Source of the DNA: Fimbriimonadia bacterium
GTDB lineage: Bacteria; Armatimonadota; Fimbriimonadia; Fimbriimonadales; JABRVX01
Assembly: GCA_041483895.1 (NCBI GenBank)
Contig: JBGPGO010000015.1
Coordinates: 1-64,000, forward strand
Length of the DNA stretch: 64,000 nt
Direction: 5' to 3'
The notes beneath the pieces are model-generated. The model saw only the letters and a list, made by a program, of their open reading frames with translations, made no database searches and had not been told where the DNA came from. A program made the translations under genes and the position numbers. Of this stretch, positions 28,712 to 38,626 are shown piece after piece. Every line of letters begins with the position of its first letter. Within the stretch, counting starts at the first letter, position 1.

Positions 28712-28906
28712 TTATCCGTACGTCGGCTTCTGCGGCCAGCCAGGCGGCGAATCCTCAAAATCCTCTTGCCTGCCATACGGCGTCAAATCGAGCAAGCTGT
28801 AGGAATCGGTAGCGCATTCCACTCCGCGTGCAAATGTAGAATACGTATGATAAACGTCGTCGCCCATCCGAAAAAACACGCCCAGGGCGTGGTCTTCGCC
28901 AGTCAC
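28712..28906 (-). pseudogene. C-terminal fragment of a DUF899 thioredoxin-like protein
   Basis: [32 protein letters not shown] motif; upstream part missing or stopped. Confidence 0.75.
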
Positions 28907-29377
28907 TTGGCCTACTCCACGCTTGGCCCCAAGTTCCGGAACAGCTCATGATATCGGATGACCCCCTCTCGCTTCTTGAGGCAGCCGTGTAATAATTCTC
29001 GAATCATAAACACTTCTTCCGGCACGTTGAATTCCGATCGGATCCCGATCGTTGCTTACGGCACAAATCCAAACCGAGCATAGAATCTGGCGTGACCGAG
29101 TACAACGACCGCGTCGAACCCGCCGGCAAGGCACGCCCAGAAACGCCTGCCTCAGACCGGCTGGCTCGGCGTTGCCTTTCCACCGGCATATTTTTGGAAC
29201 TCAGGTAACCTAGTGATTGTCTCTGATTGGGTATTACCGGAGGTCGCTTTCGGTTGCATAATTTTGGTCTGTAGCTTGCACTTACTCTCAGGAATCGCTG
29301 GAGTTCTCGTCAGGATGCGAGTGGCGGCCGCCACAGCAGTGCAAGCACTGACCCTGAAAGATGAGGAGACTCGATCC

Positions 29378-31255
29378 ATGAACCAATCACGGTTAGCACT
29401 TTCTGTGGCGGTTGTGATCGCCATCAATACGTCCGTTCTTGCCCAGACCTGGCAACGCGTCACCATCGGCGGACCCCCCGGAGCCGGGATGGCGCTGCTA
29501 ATGACCGACGGAACCGTTATCATTCACAATGCGGATGCACGAGAATGGTATAAGCTCACACCAAATAACGTAGGAAGCTACGTCAACGGCACCTGGTCGC
29601 AGATCGCCAGCTTCCCCCCAGCCTACGGTCCGCTCTACTACGGTGGTGCGGTCCTTGCGGACGGCAGGGCCGTTATCACGGGTGGTGAGTATAACTTCGG
29701 CTCTGCCGTATGGACGAATCAGAGCGCTTGGTACAACCCCGTGACCAACGTCTGGACTATGATTGCTCCGCCGGCCGGCTGGGCCAACATCGGGGACGCG
29801 CAATGCTGCGTCATGCCCGACGGGAAATTCATGCTGGCGCAGATTCTCGACGCACGCATGGCCATTCTCAATCCGGCCACGATGACCTTTTCCCCCGTCA
29901 CGAGCATCGGTCATGCGGACCGATTCGATGAAGAAGGTTGGACCCTGCTCCCGGACGGCACGATCTTTACCGTTGACGCAATCGCAGCGCCCCGCGCCGA
30001 GCGGTACATCCCATCAACCGGCAACTGGATCTTTGCCGGCAATACCCCCGCAACCCTTGTCGATGCGGGATCCCAAGAGATCGGTCCCTCCGTTCTGCTT
30101 CCCAGCGGCAGGGTGTTCAATATGGGAGCGACAATGAGCACAGCCACGTGGACGCCTGGCGCCGGCCTCATGGACCCGGGTTCCTGGGTTGCGGGGCCTA
30201 ACTTCCCCATAGTTGGCGGCCAACTTGTGATGGCTGACGCTCCCGCATGCCTCTTGCCCAGCGGAAACGTGCTCCTGGGCGCAAGTCCCGGCGTGTTTGC
30301 CACCCCCACATGGTTCTATGAGTACAATGGCACGAGCTTTATCAATAGTCCGGAAACGCCGAATTCCGGCGGCAATCCCTGCTATGTGGGCAACATGCTG
30401 ATGCTTCCCACCGGGCAAGTGCTCTATACGGACTTCAGCAACGACATCGAGATCTACACACCGACCGGATCCCCGAACAACGCCTGGCGGCCAACGATCA
30501 CGAATTGCCCCTCCACTTTGAACCCTGGGCAGACATTCCTGATTACCGGCACACAGTTCAATGGGGTATCGCAATGCAGCGCGTACGGCGACGATTCGAC
30601 TAACGCCACAAACTATCCGATTGTTCGCGTTACAAACACGGCAAGCGGTCACGTCTTTTATTGCAAGACGTCCAACCACAGCACGATGGCGGTAGCGACC
30701 GGTGCAACGCCGGTATCGACGACCGTTTTGATCCCCGCAGGCATCGAAACGGGACCCTCCAATCTCGTTGTCGTTGCCAACGGTATCGCTTCCACGAATT
30801 GCCCGGTCGATATTGAAAGGCCCGCGTCGCTGAGCGGCCATGTCGATCTGGAACTGCTGTCCGTAAGTCCGCTCAACCAGCCGGTCGTGATTGAGTTCCG
30901 GCCTCCCGGCAATCCGGTTCCCGTCGCGACGTACAATGTCACCTTGAACGCATTAGGAAACTATAGTGTTGCCAGCGTTCTCAATGGAACCTACGACATC
31001 GCCGCGAAGGGGACAAATTGGCTCCGCCAGAAGCTCGGTTCTGTAGTGGTCAATGGCGCGACGGGCGCCAACTTCTCGCTGACGAACGGAGACGGCGAAG
31101 TCAACAACGCCGTTGATCTCGGCGATCTGAACCGCTGCCTAGTAGACTTCGCCACCGTTGGAGTTGACCCGGCCGACCTCGATAAGGACCTGGTTGTTGG
31201 GGTTCCAGATCTCAACATTGTGCTCACCAACTTTGCCATCGTTGGCGACGCCTAA
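29378..31255 (+). CDS. Secreted Kelch-like propeller protein with Ig-like and C-terminal dockerin-like domains
   Basis: Signal peptide; repeated LLPDG/LLPSG blades; paired D-x-x-x-D/N-x-x-V-x-x-x-D loops at the C-terminus; GAGGAG RBS. Confidence 0.85.
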   Translation: MNQSRLALSVAVVIAINTSVLAQTWQRVTIGGPPGAGMALLMTDGTVIIHNADAREWYKLTPNNVGSYVNGTWSQIASFPPAYGPLYYGGAVLADGRAVITGGEYNFGSAVWTNQSAWYNPVTNVWTMIAPPAGWANIGDAQCCVMPDGKFMLAQILDARMAILNPATMTFSPVTSIGHADRFDEEGWTLLPDGTIFTVDAIAAPRAERYIPSTGNWIFAGNTPATLVDAGSQEIGPSVLLPSGRVFNMGATMSTATWTPGAGLMDPGSWVAGPNFPIVGGQLVMADAPACLLPSGNVLLGASPGVFATPTWFYEYNGTSFINSPETPNSGGNPCYVGNMLMLPTGQVLYTDFSNDIEIYTPTGSPNNAWRPTITNCPSTLNPGQTFLITGTQFNGVSQCSAYGDDSTNATNYPIVRVTNTASGHVFYCKTSNHSTMAVATGATPVSTTVLIPAGIETGPSNLVVVANGIASTNCPVDIERPASLSGHVDLELLSVSPLNQPVVIEFRPPGNPVPVATYNVTLNALGNYSVASVLNGTYDIAAKGTNWLRQKLGSVVVNGATGANFSLTNGDGEVNNAVDLGDLNRCLVDFATVGVDPADLDKDLVVGVPDLNIVLTNFAIVGDA

Positions 31256-31362
31256 TCCAATCCGCCCGTTCCATGACAGGGTCCCGTTCACCTCAGGGTG
31301 ATTGGGACCCTTTCTCATTGCTCCACGGCAGGAATCTCTCCGCCGCCGATGTACTGATCGGC

Positions 31363-32421
31363 ATGAGAACACTCGTCGCGCTTTTATCATCGCTCATTTT
31401 CCTTACCGTTTCCTTCGCGCAGGTCCCACAGGACCTCGCCGACAAGAAAGACTTCAAGGCTTTCAAGGTTTCTAGCGCAGACCCAACAGGCAAGAACGCG
31501 GATGCGCGTGGAATCGCTCCCGGCGCCACCTTGACCGTCGCGGACATCAAGGGAAGCGGCCGGTTTACACACCTTTGGATGACGATCTCCGCGCAATCCA
31601 CCGATCATCTGCGCGAGCTGGTCATCCGGATGACGTGGGATGACGCTGCGACGCCCGCCGTCGAATGCCCGATCGGCGATCTGTTCGCCCAAGGACCGGG
31701 CAAGTATGTCGAGTACCACAGCGCGCCTGTCTCCGTCGGCGGTCAGCAGGCCCTCAACTGCTACTGGCCCATGCCGTTTAAAAAGCATGCCGTCATAACG
31801 GTAACTAATGAGGGTGACAAGCCGGTCGGCGCGTACTATTACAACTTCGATTACCGTTTGGACAACAAGCCCCAAAAGGACGCCCGCTACTTCCACACGC
31901 AATATCGAAACTACTTCCCTGCCCCAAAAGGCACGCCTCTCACGATCTGCGAGGTCAAGGGCGCCGGCCATTTTGTTGGAACGGTTGTGACCGTCTTGGC
32001 GAACAGCGACGGATGGTGGGGCGAAGGGGATGACAACTTTTATGTGGACGGCCACACGAAACCGGATATCAGCGGCACGGGCAGCGAGGACTATTTCTGC
32101 GGCGCGTGGGATTTTGGGCACACCTTCCAAACACCCTACTTTGGCGTCACTTTCTACGACAATCCGGAAAAGGGCGGCGAAAGGCGAGGCATTCAAAACA
32201 CAGTGTATCGCTGGCACATCGAAGACCCGGTGACGTTTACGAAGTCCCTGCTGTTCACGCTGGAGCACGGCCGTGGCGGCTGGGACGAGGACCGTGCGCC
32301 GCTCCGAAACAATTACACCACAGTCGGACTCTATTACGTAGACCATCCCGAAGGCGACGCCACCCGCATCCCGCCATATAAGGACCGCGTCCCGAAACTA
32401 CTTCCGCTGCCGGGAGGCTAG
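31363..32421 (+). CDS. DUF2961 / GH172 glycoside hydrolase
   Basis: NCYWPMPF, WWGEGDD, GTGSEDYF and YRWHIEDP motifs. Confidence 0.9.
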   Translation: MRTLVALLSSLIFLTVSFAQVPQDLADKKDFKAFKVSSADPTGKNADARGIAPGATLTVADIKGSGRFTHLWMTISAQSTDHLRELVIRMTWDDAATPAVECPIGDLFAQGPGKYVEYHSAPVSVGGQQALNCYWPMPFKKHAVITVTNEGDKPVGAYYYNFDYRLDNKPQKDARYFHTQYRNYFPAPKGTPLTICEVKGAGHFVGTVVTVLANSDGWWGEGDDNFYVDGHTKPDISGTGSEDYFCGAWDFGHTFQTPYFGVTFYDNPEKGGERRGIQNTVYRWHIEDPVTFTKSLLFTLEHGRGGWDEDRAPLRNNYTTVGLYYVDHPEGDATRIPPYKDRVPKLLPLPGG

Positions 32422-32430
32422 CGCGAGCAG

Positions 32431-32979
32431 ATGCCAGCGAATACTTTCGACATCATCCTCTGCGACATGCAGCTCCACCTCGTGAGAGCCTGGACAACCG
32501 CGTTCGCGAGCCATGACATCGAGATTATCCACGGTGACATTTTGGATGTTGAGGCCGATGCCTATGTCTCTCCCGCTAATGGCTTCGGAATCATGGACGG
32601 CGGCATCGACGCTGCCCTCAGCGCCCGCTTCCCCGGCGTCCAGCGCCGGGTCCAAGCCGCCATCTACGAAATCGGACCTCATCTCCCGGTCGGCAGAGCA
32701 GTCATCGTCGAAACGGAAGACCCATTCGTTCCCTATCTCGTCAGCGCGCCGACGATGCTCTATCCGTCCCATGTCGGCCACACAAGAAATGCCGAAATTG
32801 CAATGTCGGCACTGCTCCACGCGATCGAGGAATTCAACGCCACCAACCACTTGATCGCCTCCGTCGTCATCCCCGGCTTGGCGACAGGTGTCGGCGGCAT
32901 GCACCCCGAACGCGCTGCACAGCAAATGGCTAGCGCTTACATCGAATGGACACACGGGCTCTCATCCACAGAGATATAG
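32431..32979 (+). CDS. Macro domain protein
   Basis: GDI..VSPANGFGIMDGGID and PGLATGVGG motifs. Confidence 0.9.
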   Translation: MPANTFDIILCDMQLHLVRAWTTAFASHDIEIIHGDILDVEADAYVSPANGFGIMDGGIDAALSARFPGVQRRVQAAIYEIGPHLPVGRAVIVETEDPFVPYLVSAPTMLYPSHVGHTRNAEIAMSALLHAIEEFNATNHLIASVVIPGLATGVGGMHPERAAQQMASAYIEWTHGLSSTEI

Positions 32980-33028
32980 GAATCAGCTTACGAGCAGAAT
33001 GCGCCCTAATACGTCCCAACGGTGCCCC

Positions 33029-34351
33029 TTACCCAGGAACTTCACCCGATTGGCCGGCGCGCCATGTGATGCGAATGAGAGACCAGCGCCAAAACAGTGC
33101 CCCAGCCAACAATAAGACGGCCACGCCGGCAAGCCCGAGAGTCTTGCGTCGGTCCAGACTCGCCGCCTGCATGGCTTTTGCGGAGCGAAGGCTCTTGGCA
33201 ATCTGCTCACGCGCCGGCTGAATCTTTCCAGAGATATCGTTGACGGACAGACCGTGCAGGATGACTCGAGCCTCGAGCAATGTCGTGTTGATGGCAGGCA
33301 CGTCCGCCTGAATATCCGCCACATCCATGCCTTCTGCTTCCGCCAATGAAGTCTGCGCAGCGGCAGCATCCATTTCTAGCTTCGCGACCGTCAGCATATT
33401 GTGAATCTGCTTGCCGACCGTTTCGCCCTTGTCCCCCTCGCTATGGCAATTACCACAGCCGTGTTCGCCGGAGTCGACCAACATGGCGTCCGTAGGCGGG
33501 GAAATCCCGTGGTTGCCATGGCAGTCGATACATTTCGGACCTCCGGAATCCGCTATGGCCTGCCAATGTGGTCCCTGCTTTAGATACTTCTCTTGTTCCG
33601 GATGGCAGCTTCCGCAGACGTCCGCGACCTCGGTCCGTCCAGGGGGTGTCGCTCCATGGGCGCTGTGGCAACTGGCACAATTCGGCGCCGCACGGTCGCC
33701 CTTTTGAAGCAGCGCAAGACCGTGGACGCTCTTCGTGTAATCCGCCAGTTGCGTCGTCGGAATCTTGTATTGGGCCATTCGGGTCTTGTCCGCATGGCAT
33801 TTGCCACAGGTCTTGGGTACGTTGCTGATATACACGGCGGAATTTGGATCGTTTTTCGATAACGTCGCATGAGCGCCGTGGCAATCCACGCATGTGGCAA
33901 CGTTCTGATCGCCTTGCGCCAGCTTCTTCCCGTGCACGCTCTGCTGGTACTGTTGGAACTGGCTGGTCGGAAGCCGGAAGGGACGCATGCGAACTACGTC
34001 CGAATGGCATTTCGCGCACAACTTAGGGATGTCGGCCTTTGCCGGTGCGCCGATATATCCTTTCGCGGTATCCATTGAGGCCTCGCCGTCGGGATTCATT
34101 GGGTCGCCGCCGTGGCAATCCTGACATTCAACACCGTTTCGGGCGTGGATGCTCGTCAGCCATTCCTTTGAGGATTTCGAAACGTCTGGATCCTCGTCGT
34201 TTTGATGACACGTCACGCATTGGTTGGGTTTTGGACTGGCGAGACCAGGACGCCCAATCGCGATTCCAACCGCAACCAGGCCGGCAACGCCAAGAAGCCA
34301 CGCGCTGATAATTCCAATTCCGGGTTTTCGAGTTGCATGTCTTTCTTTCAT
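33029..34351 (-). CDS. Membrane-anchored multiheme cytochrome c (9 CxxCH)
   Basis: CVTCH, CQDCH, CAKCH, CVDCH, CGKCH, CASCH, CGSCH, CIDCH, CGNCH; N- and C-terminal TM segments. Confidence 0.92.
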   Translation of the reverse strand: MKERHATRKPGIGIISAWLLGVAGLVAVGIAIGRPGLASPKPNQCVTCHQNDEDPDVSKSSKEWLTSIHARNGVECQDCHGGDPMNPDGEASMDTAKGYIGAPAKADIPKLCAKCHSDVVRMRPFRLPTSQFQQYQQSVHGKKLAQGDQNVATCVDCHGAHATLSKNDPNSAVYISNVPKTCGKCHADKTRMAQYKIPTTQLADYTKSVHGLALLQKGDRAAPNCASCHSAHGATPPGRTEVADVCGSCHPEQEKYLKQGPHWQAIADSGGPKCIDCHGNHGISPPTDAMLVDSGEHGCGNCHSEGDKGETVGKQIHNMLTVAKLEMDAAAAQTSLAEAEGMDVADIQADVPAINTTLLEARVILHGLSVNDISGKIQPAREQIAKSLRSAKAMQAASLDRRKTLGLAGVAVLLLAGALFWRWSLIRITWRAGQSGEVPG

Positions 34352-35493
34352 TTGGAGTGATGCCCCCATATCCCAAGGCCGATTACCGCGATGACCGCGA
34401 CCGCGCCCGTCGTCAGCCATCCACGCCGCAAGTAAATCTGCCGCCCGGGCTTGCGATCGAGGAAGGGTAGGAAGAGAAACCCAAGAGCGGCGAGCCCTAT
34501 CAGAAGTACTGATATCGTTTTACCCGTCCCGAAAAAGTCTCCAAGCACGGGAACGCTCTTTAATGAAGTCGTGCTTGGGAACAACTTGAGAAGCTGATAC
34601 GACGGAAGAAAGTACCATTCGGGTTTGATATGTTGCGGTGTGGTTGTGGGGTCGGCTTTGGCTTCCAAGTGAGGCGGCATGAAAGCAACAAGGAGGAACA
34701 GGACGCCAAGCACAAAGCAGAAACCGATCCCCTCCCGCAGAACATGATTCGGGAAAAAGGGCTCGCGACCGGAAACATCGTCCTTGTCATGACTCCCTGC
34801 ATCTTCGTCCGGCTCCAATGGAGATTCCGTCATACCGAGCTTTCGCTCGACCAGAAAGTGTACGCCAAGAAGAAGCACCGCTAGGAGCGGCAGTATCAAC
34901 GTGTGCGCAGTGTAGAAACGGGCCAGGGTCTCTCCTGTCGTCGCTTCGCCGCCTCGCATCACGACGAGCAGCCAATGGCCAATGTACGGAACCGCATCCG
35001 TCAATTCCGTTCCCACGGTGGTCGCCCAGTAAGCAATCTGGTCCCAGGGTAAGAGGTATCCGGTAAAGCCAAAACCGAGGGCCGCGAACAGCAGCAAGGC
35101 GCCGGTGATCCAGTTCATTTCGCGAGGCCGCTTGTATGCTCCGTAGATGAACACGCGAACCATATGGGCGAACAGAACGATCAGCATGGCCGTAGCGCCC
35201 CAAGCGTGAAGACCCCGAATCAACCATCCGTAGGAAGTCACATTCGTAACGTATCGTACACTCTCATAGGCGGTGCCGGGGCTCGGTCGGTAATACAGCG
35301 CAAGCAGAATGCCGGTCACAACCTGCATCCCAAACAGGAGGAACGTGAGTCCGCCGAGGGTATGGGACCAATTGACGGATTTCGGCATCGGATACTTCAG
35401 AACCCCAGTTATGCCGAGCCGAGCATCAAACCAGCCGTAAATGCGCTGCGGCAAACGTGGTCGAGGCTCCAAGCTTGTTCCGTTTATCGCCAT
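34348..35493 (-). CDS. Cytochrome b of a Rieske/cytb complex (b and subunit IV fused)
   Basis: Four heme-ligand His, GYLLPWDQ and KPEWYF motifs. Confidence 0.95.
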   Translation of the reverse strand: MAINGTSLEPRPRLPQRIYGWFDARLGITGVLKYPMPKSVNWSHTLGGLTFLLFGMQVVTGILLALYYRPSPGTAYESVRYVTNVTSYGWLIRGLHAWGATAMLIVLFAHMVRVFIYGAYKRPREMNWITGALLLFAALGFGFTGYLLPWDQIAYWATTVGTELTDAVPYIGHWLLVVMRGGEATTGETLARFYTAHTLILPLLAVLLLGVHFLVERKLGMTESPLEPDEDAGSHDKDDVSGREPFFPNHVLREGIGFCFVLGVLFLLVAFMPPHLEAKADPTTTPQHIKPEWYFLPSYQLLKLFPSTTSLKSVPVLGDFFGTGKTISVLLIGLAALGFLFLPFLDRKPGRQIYLRRGWLTTGAVAVIAVIGLGIWGHHSK

Positions 35494-35495
35494 TT

Positions 35496-35954
35496 CTAGC
35501 CTTTCAAGTAGATTTTGCCGCCCTTCACGATTGTGGCAGCGGCAACGAGCGGTGACGGAGCAGGACCGGAGATGACATTCCCATTCGCATCGAACTGCGC
35601 TCCATGGCAAGGGCATTTAAAATAGCGAGAGCCTTCGATCCACTCAACGATGCAGCCGGCATGGGTGCACTTTGCATTAAATGACTTGAACCCGTCATCT
35701 ACGTGCAGCACCCAATACGTCACTCCGTCGGCGAAGAATTTGGTGCCCTTTCCGATGGCCAGGTTCGCGACGGGACCGACCTCAATCTCATCGCCGGCGC
35801 CTTGGACCCCTCGGCGAGGAGGATAAATGAAACGAACGAAAGCGTTGACGACACCGGCGCCAAGAACGACGAGCGCGCCGAGCAAGGAGATGTTTGCAAG
35901 AGCTTCACGCCTCCCGATTGTTTTTGAGGCCTTTTGGCCACTACCATCATCCAT
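35496..35954 (-). CDS. Rieske iron-sulfur protein
   Basis: Tat-like GRREAL; CTHAGC and CPCHG motifs. Confidence 0.95.
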   Translation of the reverse strand: MDDGSGQKASKTIGRREALANISLLGALVVLGAGVVNAFVRFIYPPRRGVQGAGDEIEVGPVANLAIGKGTKFFADGVTYWVLHVDDGFKSFNAKCTHAGCIVEWIEGSRYFKCPCHGAQFDANGNVISGPAPSPLVAAATIVKGGKIYLKG

Positions 35955-36354
35955 TACCACTGTACATCCTCCCATTCACCCGTTTTGCGCGAAGCCACTC
36001 ATGAGCCGCCCCGACTTCAAACTCGTAGTCGGGGCCCGGTTGACCGTGACTCGGACCGTTTCCTGAATTCGCAGGTTCGATTGGATGTCCTTCCGGCACA
36101 CGCCATTTGCCTGGCTGCTGGGTTCAAAAAACGGCCCATTTTGAGAAGACCATTACAGGCTTGCCGGAATCCTATCACAATCAGTTAGCCCTCCGCTGTC
36201 GCGAAAAAAAAGGACAGACGGAGAGCGAATTGTTACCGGACTGTACTTCAAAGCGGTTCTGGCTCAGACTTTGAGAAGACCTGTGCCCACCGACCAAGAA
36301 TCCCACTCACCAGCGAATCGGAGGCGCTGAAGGCGGCGCGGGGTCAATCAGCCT

Positions 36355-37425
36355 TCACTTGCCCTTCGTCGGCAGCTCGCGTTGGTCGGCGTCGTGTTCG
36401 ATATCATTCAGAATGGACGTAAGGTCTGCTTTGTGTTCCGGATCGGACGCATGATCAATCAAGTATCGTATTGCGGCAGTGTGCGTCAGCTTCAATGAGG
36501 TGGCAGGATCAGCCTTCACATCCGGCTGTACTCCCACGCCTTCCCAATTGGTGTGCGAATACGGGTTCACCGCCCGGCCACTGGGGATAAAGCATGCGAA
36601 GTGGTCCCCCAATCGCACCATGCCACCGGGATTCGCCCCACCCCAAGTCGGCTCCCCGATGATCGTTCCGCGCTTGAGCTGCTGAAAATTGTACGCGCAC
36701 TCCTCCGCGCCGGACCCGGTCCGCTTGCTTGTTAGAACATAGACGGGCAGGTCGGGAAATCGCGGTCCATCCACTTTCGCAAGCGTCCAAAATTCCGTCT
36801 TCGTAATCTTATCTTTGTTGCGGAACTCGATCGTGTTCAGAAGTACCGGTTTGGCGCCAAAGAAGTGGCTGCAGAACAGTTTCACACCTTCCGGATCACC
36901 GCCACCATTGGTCCGCAGATCGATGATCATGGCGTCCGCGTTCGCGAGAAACTCCATGGCCGCAACGACCGGCCGAGCCATGTCTTGCGGCGGGGCGAAT
37001 CCATTGAACTTGATATATCCGACATTTCCACGCAATCGCTCGATCCGTTCGAAATTCGCATTCACAAATCTGGTCTCATCCTGATATCGCTTGAGCTCGT
37101 CTTTGGACGGCTCCCTCGCACTTCTTCGCTCCGGCAGCTTTTGCTCACTGTACCGGAATCGAAGATGCGCATCCGTCACCTGTTCCTTGAGAATCTCATT
37201 GACCCGCATGGCAAACTTCACCGGATCGTTGATGCTCGCGCATTCATCGGCCTTGATCCAGTCCTCCATCTTTGACTCGATCTTCTTCGCGGCGTCCATG
37301 TCGATATACAGATCGTTCATCTGATGAATCATCTCATGGATCGTATCGGTCTTAACCTGTTGGGTCAGCTGGAAGGGCGCGGCCTGTTGTAGCAGCAAGG
37401 CTCCCAACAAAACGATGATATTCAT
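36355..37425 (-). CDS. S41 family peptidase
   Basis: NVGYIKF, IIDLRTNGGG, TGSGAE and WEGVGVQPD motifs. Confidence 0.92.
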   Translation of the reverse strand: MNIIVLLGALLLQQAAPFQLTQQVKTDTIHEMIHQMNDLYIDMDAAKKIESKMEDWIKADECASINDPVKFAMRVNEILKEQVTDAHLRFRYSEQKLPERRSAREPSKDELKRYQDETRFVNANFERIERLRGNVGYIKFNGFAPPQDMARPVVAAMEFLANADAMIIDLRTNGGGDPEGVKLFCSHFFGAKPVLLNTIEFRNKDKITKTEFWTLAKVDGPRFPDLPVYVLTSKRTGSGAEECAYNFQQLKRGTIIGEPTWGGANPGGMVRLGDHFACFIPSGRAVNPYSHTNWEGVGVQPDVKADPATSLKLTHTAAIRYLIDHASDPEHKADLTSILNDIEHDADQRELPTKGK

Positions 37426-38045
37426 GCTCTAGCTCCTCTGGTGTGATTTGTCGCGCCGAGCAGCAGCAGCGCGATCATGTGATCGAGCCCGCGCGCGATG
37501 GTCTCGGGAGATCCCAATTCTCGAACGCTCAGGCTATAGGGTAGAAATGCGTTGGTCGCGAGCAGAAATGTCTCGGCGGTTTTCTGCGGGTCGAATCGGG
37601 AGAACTCGCCGGTCCCCATGCCCGCTCGCAACATGCCGGCCACTAAATCTCGTTCCACGTCGAAAAACCGGACCCGCAGCTCCATGTACGCCGGCCGAAC
37701 CACGGCAAACAGATCGTCGAGGCTGTGCGCATAGTCCTGCACCTGCTCGACACGCGCCAGGACCCGGCGGCGCAGCATCTCCCGCAGCCGCTCCGAAACC
37801 GATGCCCTGCCCGCCGCAATCGCGCGCATCTCCGCATGGGCCTGCTCCACCACCCGGCTGATTGAGGAAAGGCCGAGGTCCTCTTTGCCGGAGAAGTAGA
37901 CGTAGATTGTCCGCTTGCTGACTCCGGCCTCCTTCGCCACATCGTCCATCGTCATCTTTTGGAACCCGTACCGGGCCATCAGCCGATTCGCGGCATCGAG
38001 GATCGCGTCGCTGGTATTCGTCTGTTTTGGCGTTGCGGTGGTCAT
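37422..38045 (-). CDS. TetR/AcrR family regulator
   Basis: MTMDDVAKEAGVSKRTIYVYFSGKEDL HTH; imperfect palindrome at 38065-38088 upstream. Confidence 0.93.
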   Translation of the reverse strand: MTTATPKQTNTSDAILDAANRLMARYGFQKMTMDDVAKEAGVSKRTIYVYFSGKEDLGLSSISRVVEQAHAEMRAIAAGRASVSERLREMLRRRVLARVEQVQDYAHSLDDLFAVVRPAYMELRVRFFDVERDLVAGMLRAGMGTGEFSRFDPQKTAETFLLATNAFLPYSLSVRELGSPETIARGLDHMIALLLLGATNHTRGARA

Positions 38046-38149
38046 ACGGTTCATATTACGCAACTGCACGAACTAAGTGTTTCATGCAATTTGAATTCGG
38101 GACTTTCGGCCCGGCCCGATTCGGCCTGAGAAGGCAGTAGAATCCCCCC

Positions 38150-38626
38150 GTGAACCCAGTCGATCCCCGTGTCCGCATCGGCCACGTCCATCTGAAGGTC
38201 GCCGACCTCGATCGAGCGATTGCTTTCTACTCCGGGGTGCTTGGCTTCGAGTTGAGGCAGCGGATGGGAAGCCAGGCCGCATTCCTTGCCGCAGGCGATT
38301 ATCACCACCACATCGGCCTGAATACTTGGGAGAGCAAAGGCGGTTCCCCGCCACCGCCGGCTAGCACGGGTCTCTACCACATTGCCATCCTCTACCCAAC
38401 CCGCGCCGCATTGGCCGACGCGCTTCGCAGGCTCACTGGCGCCGGCATTCGGCTGGAAGGCGCGACCGACCACGGCGTCAGCGAAGCCCTCTACCTGACC
38501 GATCCCGATGGCAACGGCCTGGAACTCTATTGGGACAAGCCGAAGGAACAGTGGCCGTTGGACGCGAATGGGGAGATAGCGATGGTGAGCGAGCCGCTGA
38601 ATTTGGAGGACCTCCTTCGGCAATGA
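38150..38626 (+). CDS. VOC family protein (CatE-like single domain)
   Basis: IGHVHLKV, YHHHIGLNTW and DHGVSEALYLTDPDGNGLELY motifs. Confidence 0.9.
   Translation: MNPVDPRVRIGHVHLKVADLDRAIAFYSGVLGFELRQRMGSQAAFLAAGDYHHHIGLNTWESKGGSPPPPASTGLYHIAILYPTRAALADALRRLTGAGIRLEGATDHGVSEALYLTDPDGNGLELYWDKPKEQWPLDANGEIAMVSEPLNLEDLLRQ

Noticed and set aside
24071..29200. Island integrated at tRNA-Gln
   Set aside because: Accessory-looking genes are present, but no tRNA-Gln 3' repeat or integrase was found
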